DNA of 58,176 nt, the filler included, from Diploschistes diacapsis (Eukaryota), in assembly GCA_023645945.1 (NCBI GenBank). It is 6 parts of 6 records of this genome, joined end to end, with 100 filler letters (N's around TTAATTAATTAA, not from the genome) between each part and the next. Parts side by side here need not be neighbours in the genome. Positions count along the whole stretch, not along the records: positions 1 to 9,622 come from JALAIB010001012.1; 5 more parts are not named here. One strand, given 5' to 3'. Under the pieces are notes generated by a model. The model was not told where the DNA came from. It worked only from the letters and a program-made list of their open reading frames with translations, and did not search any database. A program made the translations under genes and the position numbers. This document shows positions 1 through 9,722 of this stretch, one piece after another; position 1 is the first letter of the stretch; each line of letters starts with the position of its first letter.

Positions 1-1109
1 TGAGGAGAGGGTGGTGCAGGGTTGGAGTCCAAGGTAGGTTCGAAGGAGGACGGAGAAGAAGGGGAATGTGGCTCTTTGGTAACCGAGCGAGCGATGACGA
101 GGCGGGGGAGTGTTTCAGGAACAAAAGACAGAGCGAGGCAGAAGCCGGCGCTGAGTATGGTGCTGGCATGATTGGTTAGAAGTAGATGGCGTGAGAGAGC
201 GGGCCATATCGGGGGATATCAAAGGGTGCCTTACTTGATCCAAAAGAGCCAGGACCAGCTGAGATTCGCGTTCTCAGCGATGAGTTCGCCCACAGGCGAT
301 CCTCTGGGTTCACTGATCAGCTAGCTCTACGACGAAAGATCCGAAACTTCACCTACATGCCAGGACCGATTGCTGATGTAGCAACAAAGAGAGCCACTAC
401 GATAATTGTCAGTCAGTGAGCCCGATTCGGTAATTCTCGGGCTTACTAGGCTGACCGGCTCCATCCTCATCCCCAAAAAGATCTGCTACCGTTCCTGCTA
501 CATTGGACAACGCAGTACTGCCCGCAGCACCGGAGAGAAACTGGAAGATAACCAGCATGGGAAGGTTTAACGCTTTAGCGCAGGCCTGACGAGTCGGTTA
601 ACGGAGCACAAGAGTACAGCACGATGCCCTACAATGTTGAGGATGCCAAACAGCAGGATTGAAAAAACGTAGACCCATTTGCGTCCTCCAATATCGCTAT
701 TCCGTTAAGCAAGCGAAGCTAGAGCAGCCAAGTGAGAACACACGTACGACAGCGGACCAAGAAACACAGGCCCAAATGCATTCCCTGCAATAAACATGGA
801 TTGGCCAAGCGTAAGCACCTGGATGCTGCCCCCGAACTGCGTCTGAATGCCTTCCTCGATGGATACGTAGGCAGTGCTGGTCATGCTCACAAAGACCTGC
901 AGCGTACAATAGACGACGACGATTGCCCACTTCTTGAATAGGTTCCAATGTATCGGATGATGCGGGTTGTTGGACTCGATCTGCTGCAGCGTATCGAGAG
1001 TCCTGCCGGTAGCAGCATCTGCTAGCGGGGAGGACAGATCTTGCTGCCGCTCTTTGTCGGAGCCCAGCTGCTGCGAAAGTTTCTCTGCAGAACGTGGTTG
1101 GCTGGTCAT
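1..1109 (-). CDS. MFS multidrug transporter (DHA1-like), multi-exon, 3' part runs off the window
   Basis: N-terminal 'HPIHWNLFKKW' followed by TM helices; the spliced continuation gives motif A 'GPLSDIGGRKWVY' and 'SNVAGTVADLF'; several GT-AG introns (first ~745-697). Start uncertain: ATG at 1109, upstream exons possible. Confidence 0.88.
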
Positions 1110-2150
1110 GTTGCCTCCGTTCACCGAGTCCTCTGCAGCCACTATTCGATTAAGAGAGGATAGGAGCTCCTGCTGTCAGTAAAGGCAGGTTAAGAGGACA
1201 ACCTGAATCTAAGGCTCCATGCCCTTCATCTTGTATCACGCAGTACTAGGTAGTACAAACCCCACATATTGGTCCGCCGCGGCCAGATGTCTGAACAGAG
1301 CATTGTTGTTTTATTGAGCTTCCTAGTAAGGAATATAGTCATGCATGAAGCGCAATCAGATGATAGCCTGGAGCGTTCCTAGAAACGGTCCAGTAGAAAC
1401 CAGGCGATCTGAACTTCTAGCCTCGTCCAGCTATTAGTGTACAGCCCGCTATTATCACAAAAATCATCGGGATAGCCCTGTTGGCGCGCTAACTGTTCGA
1501 CGCGGCTGGGATTTGCTGATGATCGACGCAAGGAATTCTGGTTACGTCAACGATCCAAAAGAGCCAGGCCACTCCCGTGACGAAAGCAATGTCTATTACT
1601 TTACTCAGCAGTCTTTCAATGCCGGCACTCGGTCCAGTGCCGTAGAGGCGATGCTGTCTCAAGGATCTTCGATGCCTTCTGGGACTCAACTCTGTCGAGC
1701 CCATATGGTACCTAGGATCACTTTGGTGCTTAGTTTCGAGCGCAGCCATTAAAGGAAAGTATGCTGCTGAACGGGAGGTAGTCTCATGGGATCAGTGATT
1801 TATGAGGGCATTTCATTCCATATGGGATCATCGGCGCTTGATTCATGGTCTCCAAGGAGAGATATATTCTTAGACGAGCCCATGTTCTAACATCGCGACT
1901 ATCTGGAGGAACAACCTTATCTGCCTGGAGGAATCGGGAGGATGCAAACGACTTCAAGAGATCGGATGCCAAACATTTGTATATCATGGCACTACTCCAA
2001 GACAGCGTCGAGCCCACCAGCTAATACTATCGATGCTTTTTTTTAGCTAACCCGGATGCTTTTTAATAACGAATACATCCTCCGACTACGTAACTGGGGT
2101 GCTCCAGCGCACCATCCGGTTGCGGAAAAAAGAGCTTCTCGATGGACCGC

Positions 2151-2604
2151 TCAGCTAACCTGACATCGTCAGCTCCGACTCACGTAGCCACAAAAGCCCC
2201 TTACCAGCAATTACCGCCAGGAGGACAATAAGCACCGCACGGGATACAGGAGCACTGCCTGGGCCCGTTCGGGCACTAAACCGCCGTCAGCTTCGCCCGT
2301 TGCACTCTGTCGCGTACGTGGATGCTGAAGATTGCTTCGGGAGCCACACACATCGAACGGGGGTATCATCATACAATAGTCGCCCTTCAAGGTGCACTAA
2401 GCCATCGTCAACTTCTGCTGGACATTTCTCCGGGGGAGGGGGCGCCGAACCACATACAGAAAACTGTCCTTCGGGGCAGCAGTGGTTGCCGTCGCCGGGA
2501 GGGCAGGTCCTGGCCAGGAGCATGTTCTCGGTCTCCTGTAATGGAGCGGCAGCTGCGAAGGCGGCCAGGCAGGCGACAAGGGTGCTAGCAAGGGCAGGAC
2601 GCAT
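2151..2604 (-). CDS. Small secreted cysteine-rich protein (predicted 88 aa, 4 exons)
   Basis: Signal peptide MRPALASTLVACLAAFAAAA and propeptide ending LLAR. Predicted exons 2604-2458, 2396-2352, 2275-2205, 2154-2151 with GT..AG introns and TGAC-type branch sites give a 12-Cys mature part. Confidence 0.7.
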
Positions 2605-3025
2605 CTTGGAGGCTGGTTGGGTTGGTGAAAGAGCAGCGGCTTTACCTGATCGTGGGCCAAAAGTCGAGCAATGACGGATGCGGCCGATCCCTCCATCCTT
2701 ATAACAATGGCGAATGTCCAGTCTAGAAAGTGGTGACTAGTGCAGGAGGAGGAGAGTCGTTGCACAAGAGAAAACTTAAATCTCACATGCTTATACACGT
2801 GTAGTAACCAACATCTGATGTTGATCTCTCCGCCGTTTCGCTTTTGTCTATCCTTTGCAAGCTTTGTAGCAAGCAAGAGCACTTATACTCGTACATCTAG
2901 CCATGACCGCAGCTATTTACACAAAATCTTCTCTCTTGTCATTCATAAGCCAGTGCAACCTGCCATTGGACTCTTAATTCACACATCATCACCGTTCCTC
3001 CACCACGCTCTTGTTAAGGAGGTAG

Positions 3026-4439
3026 CTAAACGTCTCTTGACGTTGGCGGTGGGACTTGTGATACCTGGACAAAGGTCGTGTTACTTTTTCTCGATTCAAT
3101 GGCGTCACATTGAATTTGGTTCGGCTGGTGGCCATCGGGTGCTTCATAATGGGATTCCCGACTTGATACCATCTCCGATTTGACCCTTTCGTGGCGCAAA
3201 TACTGATACAATCGTGGCATAACGGGAAAGCAGCCAACGAGGATGACGCTCGTAATTTCCGCGTCAGCCGTCACGCCTATTGGGAGCATAGCCCAGGTGA
3301 CATCTTGCGTGCGCATGAGGAGCACGGTATAATAAAGGCGTAGCGCGCTAGCTAGGCAGCCTCTGTTATAGCTCGTCAGCTTCTTTATCAAGTCATCTTG
3401 CTTGGGTTAGATCAAGTGCCGCTCATCAACTTGGCTGGAGGATCGGTATTTCTGTTGTTGCTGCTCGATTATGCTGTCTTTTAGTGGAGAGAGCAACGGC
3501 AGGATACCACGGCAATAAAGAAACTTATCGAGCGGGGGCTGATCAAGTATGACAGGAATATGAGTGATGTACTTACATGATTCCGACCGCGAAAATTGCG
3601 CAGACTCCAGCTTTCCGTTGAGCATCCATCTGTAATCGCAACGTGGTGTAAAGCGGTAGTGCTAGCATTGCGAGATCGGAACATAGATTGAACACACTGC
3701 TTGCTAAGAAAGTGGCCAGATTATCGATACAGGTCCCTTCAATAAAGGGGTTCCAGAATTTCTCCCTAGGAATGCAAGGTAGAATGGCGAGAAAAAAAAG
3801 TGCGGTGTAGAAGAGAGCATTCAGAACACGGATAGCGATGATGCACCAATACGTCGAAGTTTTGTGCATCGGAGCGAACACTCTCTGGAGTTGTCGCAAC
3901 ACCGCGAACTTGGCGAGTAATATCGTAGGCGAGTAGATAATGGTAGAAATATCCTGAAGCTGCCCAAGAATCAGTTGGAATGCTAACAATTGGATTGGTC
4001 ACGACTTCTTCTACTTACCCATAGGAAGTGAAACATCTGCGCCAAACTTACATCCCACTGATGGCGTCCAGCGGCGCTCAGGCATTGGAGATTGAAAGTC
4101 TCGAAAATGACAAACCCGACCTGAGGGCCGTCGTTAGAAGTAGAACGGCTGAGTCGGAAATGGTGGATCTTGCCCATGCGGAAGTCAAAGCATCTATTCG
4201 TCAGCACTTGCACAGCTATTTCGACTTCCATTCATACAATCTTCAGTGTGAATCTGGTGTATGATTTTGAACTTTGTGAAAAGCCTAGCAAGAAGAGCAA
4301 GACTGGTCAGGATCATGAACAAGATTGGGACACCAAGCGCTATCGCCAGAGGCGCTTCGGAATCTGGATCGACGAAGTTTGGCACTACTCCCGGCGGAGG
4401 TATCATGGCCGGGAGCACGTTGAGATCCAGAGATTCCAT
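3026..4439 (-). CDS. Pth11-like / fungal rhodopsin-domain integral membrane protein (no CFEM)
   Basis: Typical N-terminus 'PPPGVVPNFVDP', then 'ARLFTK', 'GRHQWDV', 'LLAKFAVL', 'CIPREKFWNP..GTC', 'NLCSDLAMLALP' and 'AEITSVILVGCFP'; five exons assembled from 4439-~4231, ~4193-4174, 4120-~4019, ~3960-3577, ~3362-3026. Confidence 0.88.
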
Positions 4440-5037
4440 GGGGAACTTCTGCTACAGCAAGCAGCTCATCCCAGGACAGGCAGCCAGAGGTGCAAAGATC
4501 GGATAGTGAAGGGAAATCACATCAGGTTGAAGAACGTGAGGAGGGATCCTTGTATGTACTAAATTTGACACGCCCCATTTCGTCCTAGTAGCTCAGGCTA
4601 CTCGATAAGACGAGATGCTGCAGTAAAAGTGGGCATTAAGAAATATTTCCTGCATGAGGCTGCACCGAATCGGTCGACGTATCTCTGTAGATAGATTGAG
4701 GGAGGCGAACCAATGAAAAGAAGGCACGGAAGTGACAAAGTTCGAGTCCGGAAGCCACCACCCGAGGGTAAAGATCCCATCTTTCAGTTCGTTCTTCTTT
4801 CTATGACACCCAGTAATCATAACTAACGTACTTTTACTGTATAAACAACAAACCATAGCGATAAAGGGCCAGTAGCAGGTTTGCAAGCCAACGCATACCT
4901 TGAGCGCCACTATTAATGAGCATCACCATAGATCCATAACGAGCTGCTTCTGGTGGGTCTAGTGGATATGATGAAGATAGGCTTGTGGCGTTATATCGTC
5001 GCGGACCTGCAGTAACCTGCTAATAAGAGGCCAACTT

Positions 5038-5719
5038 TCAACCACTCCGACCAAAAAGGCCGAAGAACAAGTTTGCCCCTCCTGCTCCGCCTTGACCGCC
5101 TCGAGCGGCTTCCGTCTCGATCCATGTTCTTAGGAGGTCGCGGTTTTTGAGATCAGAAATTCGTGTAACTTTTGTTTGGATTTGTGCCTCTTGCCGACTG
5201 AACGCCAATAGAGTTGGAATTGAAGTGATCTAGACCAGTATCCAATCAGTCTCGATCTCCATAGAACTTTCCTAGAAGCTCTGCATTCTTACCATATAGC
5301 GCATGCCGAGTTCTACATTGTCCGGGGCATCAAACTCGACTTCAGCGAAACCCACAGAGCCTTCTCTCTCGCCGATTCCCTCCTCTTCTATGACCTCTTT
5401 AATGACTGGCAAAACAGCTTTGCAGCTAGCACACCAAGACGCCGTCCATAGAGTGATGAGAGGAATTTTAGAGGAAGCCGAGAGTAGAGTCAGGCTGTCA
5501 AGGTCGGCTGGCGCTCGTATACTGCCGAAATAGCCTTTTAGCGGCTTAAGATAGAAGTCGTCAACTTTCCAGTACTCACGATTGATATACTCGATTTTTA
5601 GCACGAAGCGTCCGGCTAGTCGAGAAGCTTCGGAGCACTATGACATGCTGTCGAGATGGCTTTGGGAATTTGTAGGATTGGCATTTCGTGAAACGGATCA
5701 CATAGTGAGAAAAGGGCAT
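5038..5719 (-). CDS. Thioredoxin-like protein with probable mitochondrial presequence
   Basis: Exon 1 MPFSH...RSFSTSRTLRAKNRVY (Arg/Ser-rich, no acidic residues); exon 2 'LITLWTASWCASCK'; exon 3 'ITSIPTLLAF' (cis-Pro motif) ending at TGA 5040-5038. Confidence 0.82.
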
Positions 5720-5836
5720 GTCTAGGAGTTAACAAGGAATGAGAATGGGTACAAGCTTCGCAACGGTATTCAAATTAATATTCAAATTATAATAGTAGTA
5801 AAGCACACTAGCTCATCCTTGGCTTCCGGATCTAGC

Positions 5837-6159
5837 TCATTTCTTTCCGACGCACTGTTGCGCCATCTGATGCAAAATGGCGAGTCCCCGGCGTTCGTGG
5901 TCGTCCTGCCTCATCTCAAGCCTATCCAGTCTGAGCATCACCCTATCCAGTCCTTTCTCCACCTTCTCGTCCACCTTCTCTATCTTCTCTTCCAGCTTCT
6001 CTATTTTGCCTCGCTATGATACGGGAGTTTACGCTCACTGCCAGTGTCGACAGAACGGCCGGGTACAACGGATTTTGAAGCACTAATTATCATCATTAGC
6101 TATATTAATATGGTATAACAGATTAAAAACTTACAACTTGGAAGCAGTAAAGAAGACAT
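5837..6159 (-). pseudogene. Small spliced coiled-coil protein gene with a 1-nt frameshift (pseudogene or homopolymer error)
   Basis: ATG 6159 and a canonical intron GTAAGT..GCTAAT..TAG (~6134-6083). Hydrophobic 'LYPAVLSTLAVSVN' is followed, in another frame, by heptad-like 'IEKLEEKIEKVDEKVEKGLDRVMLRLDRLE'. Removing one base of the T4 run at 6004-6007 joins them. Confidence 0.5.
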
Positions 6160-6550
6160 CAGGATAATGTTTTTTGATGAGGTGTTCTTTATAGCTATTA
6201 GCTATAAGCCTGAATATTAGGATTGGATGTACTTACACTGGTCTGTGTGTGTGTGCTGTGTGTGGGGGGGAGTGGGTAGGTGTAAGAGTGTAAGTGAGAT
6301 TGTGTAATTTGTGGAATAAATAAGTGAGCTTGGCCTCTGTAAACGTTACCGATACATGATATTCAGTCGTAATTTCTATAGGAATACAAAGTAAGCGGTA
6401 TCCACTCTGTTACTGAGATTGTCCCTACTCTAGTTCATGTTTGCAAGAAGCCTGGAGCTGCTAAGTTAAAGCAAGACCGATAAAGAATTACTAATTGAAA
6501 ATCACTCGTCTTTTCTTTACTGTCCATCAACTTCTACCATCGGAAAGAAT

Positions 6551-7924
6551 ATGGCCTTATCTGTCTACCCAAACAACAGTAAACAGGTGGTGCTGAAGGA
6601 TGGAACCACCTATGCATATGCTTACTTTCCCCCAAAGGCCGCAGACCAGCCCGTGTTCTTACTCCTTCACGGTTTTCCAAGCTCTAGTTATGATTGGCAC
6701 CGGCAAGTAGACTTCCTAGCGAGCAAGGGGTTTGGCGTTTTGGTCCCGGACAACTTAGGTTATGGCGACACAGACAGCCCACATGAGGTTGAAGCCTATT
6801 CTCAGAGAAGAATGAGTGGTCACATGTTCGAGATCCTGGAAAAGGAAGGCTTGAAAAACGGCGTTATTGGGGTGGGTCATGACTGGTAAGGGTTTGTATA
6901 TTCAGGCTCCATGTTATTGAGTATCTGGGCATTATCCTATGTCCGAGCACACACGTATCAGATTCACGGCGCTTAAAGCTTGAGACCCTACAAAATCACA
7001 GCTCAAAAATCTGCTCTGACGTCCAAATGTCTTGATGCATTGGGAACGGTGCTGAATCCTGACAGGGGATCCACTTTCCTAGCTCGTCTCCATCTATGGC
7101 ATCCCGAAAGCCTCAAAGCTTTGGTGTTTGTGTCTGTTGGCTATAACGCGCCATCGGACGCCCCGTTTGATGTTGGTCAGTCTTCCTTCAAGAATTACTT
7201 AGACCGCATGTAGAACCCTTCTCGATTATAGACGCTATCAACACGATGACCAAGCTTGCCCTCGGCTTTTCAACGTTCGGTTACTGGAAGCTTTTTGAGA
7301 GGGACAATGCGGGACAGATTCTAGATGAGCACGTGAGTTGATGCTCAACGCTGTCGACTCCTTTTCTGACACAGTGTAATTCAGCCTGAATCTGTGCTCT
7401 CCCTGATCTACCCAGCAGAGCCCGAGACTTGGAAGACAGATTTTGGTCCCATCGGTGCTGCTGAAGCCTGGATCACGTCGGACAAGACCACTCCCTTGCC
7501 TTCGTGGTTGGATGAAGATTTCGCCCGGACACATCAGGAGATTATGGCTCAGAAAGGATACACTGGCCCAATCAATTGGTAAGTTCGTCAATGCATAGCG
7601 TATCTAAACTCGTGAAGGAAATCCCTAAATCTTTACTTCTTACTTGACAGGTACAAAGCGCAGATGCAGAATATCGACATCCACCTGCACAGGGACCTGC
7701 CCGAGGAGCGTAAGCACATTAAGCTGCCAACCATGCTGGTGGTCTCCGATAAAGACTACGTCTTGCCGCCCAAGCTGCAGAAGGATCGGACCAGCCCATT
7801 TGCAAAGGATCTCAGGGTTGAGGAAGTCAGTGGCGGCCATTGGATACAGCTTGAGCAAACAGAAAGGTTCAATGAACTTCTGGAGAGCTTTGCCTTGGAT
7901 GTCGAGAAGCGTGCGAAGAAATGA
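6551..7924 (+). CDS. Soluble epoxide hydrolase-like alpha/beta hydrolase (5 exons)
   Basis: HGFP oxyanion motif, GYGDTD, nucleophile GHDWG split by an intron, lid tyrosines (FGY, NWY), acid 'DKDYV' and His 'GGHWIQLE'. Exons ~6551-6886, 7066-7175, 7232-7332, 7385-7578, 7651-7924. Confidence 0.92.
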
Positions 7925-9622
7925 GAATGCTTCATGGGCACGGGGATGCCACAGTGCTTCCTATCTAACTATTGATGGGCGTGGCCAGAGCATCGTGCGC
8001 ACAGGTGTCCACAAAAGAACAAGTGATTATGAAGTTAGCTTACCTTCGTTAACAGTGCGCATAGAAATTTATGCTGAACATGACCTCTGGTAGATTGAAA
8101 GCTTTCGGTATGTGATTGAGCAGCATGCAGAATCCCAGTATGCACAGTCACGGCCGGCAACGTCATGTTACGAGTTTTCTACGCAGATCTCTCTTTACCA
8201 TCTCGACATCTTCAAGCTTCCCGCACTCCGAAGCTCCATTCCGTAAAACACATGTGTGCTGATCTGCCCACAGAGGATGTGCTCCCAATTTTAGGCCATG
8301 CACAGGAGGTTTGTCATGGCAGCTTCAACAATATTTTAGCCGCCAATGAGTTTGATGCAATTGGGCTTCGAAGAAGCTTCGTGTTGCTTGCATAACACGT
8401 AGTCTGAATAATTCAGTCATCGTCGGAGATTATCACAACTCGCTACGATAGGTTTATTCTTTTCATCGCGGCGCTGTCAGGGGAATAGGATGGCTGTGTT
8501 TATCAAAGACAAGCTTTGTTATGTTGTCTCGCACCTTTATTGCACTTCCGCTGTTGTGTACTCGGTGGTTGTGCTAACTATTCGAGCACGCAAAGGAGAA
8601 CATAATGTATCATACCGTAATGCAGCCAGGAGAAGAGAGAGATGATGCTTTGAATATCCCTCAAGGTATTTACGGAGTGCGGCAACGATACTGCTACCGT
8701 CTTTCCCAACCAAAGGGCACAAAGACTCAACCCGTATGCCTCGCCTTGTCACGGGTCAAGTGCTTGAGATGAAAGATCCACAGAGTTCTGAGCACCGTGA
8801 GATTGAGCGGCGTAGGGTTTGGACAGTGAGTGCAGCACCGAGCAATCGACTCGCAGCTGAAGAATTAAGCTTCCAACGATCTGGACCACTGGCGCGACGG
8901 TTCCTACAGCACCACTTTCTAGAACTATTGAGCCGGCTTCGTCAGCACTGGCGACCGAACAAGGATGCAAGGCTACGGCACGGGCGGCATCGATGGCATC
9001 GGCGGCAACAGAACGTGCTGCTACGATGTCAAGAAGGCGTGCATCACTTCTAATACCACTCGTGTGCTCAACCAGCGTCTAATCCTCCGCGGCCTGACGC
9101 AGCCCGGACGCCTATACCCTTCGTGTGGACGTCAGCACGTTGTCGGGAGACTCATTTTTCGTGCACAACTCTCCGCTATGGTGTCTGGGTATCGTGAACG
9201 GAACTAACATGCGGTTTACGAACATTGTGTGCAACAGCACCGCTTATGATGCTCCTCATAGGGTGAAACTGGGTACTTAATAAGAGCGGATTGACACGGT
9301 GGGATACTCAGAACGCACCGCTGGAGAGCTTTACATGTGAATAGCATTAAACATGTAAAGGGAAAAGAAGAAGAAGAGAGAGATACGAGGGTCTCTGTTT
9401 CCGTGTGGGGGTTTATGTCCATCCGCTGCAAAAAAAAAACTTGAAGAGAAAGCGTAAGCAAGTGAAGAGCGCTTCAAACACCCAAGCCTTGTGCTCTCTC
9501 TCATAAGTACAGCCAAATACCGGCTCACCCTTTCCCCTTTCCCGCTCCCCCCGTCTTTTTTTTCTTTCCAACACGCCCTCTCCTCCTCTCATCCATCCCG
9601 TCCATCCCATCCATCCCCACCC

Positions 9623-9722
9623 NNNNNNNNNNNNNNNNNNNNNNNNNNNNNNNNNNNNNNNNNNNNTTAATTAATTAANNNNNNNNNNNNNNNNNNNNNN
9701 NNNNNNNNNNNNNNNNNNNNNN
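9623..9722. other. Artificial contig spacer (N44-TTAATTAATTAA-N44)
   Basis: 100-nt spacer with a six-frame stop linker at 9667-9678. Confidence 0.99.

Noticed and set aside
4735..4762. tRNA-like GTTCGAGTCC…CCA
   Set aside because: The flanks do not pair into a T-stem and no cloverleaf can be built.
1..9622. Secondary-metabolite cluster (MFS + hydrolase + Pth11-like)
   Set aside because: No backbone enzyme or cluster regulator in the contig, and other contigs cannot be assumed adjacent.
9667..9678. TTAATTAATTAA palindrome recurring every ~9.7 kb as a biological periodic element
   Set aside because: Always centred in N-runs; it is an assembly linker with stops in six frames.
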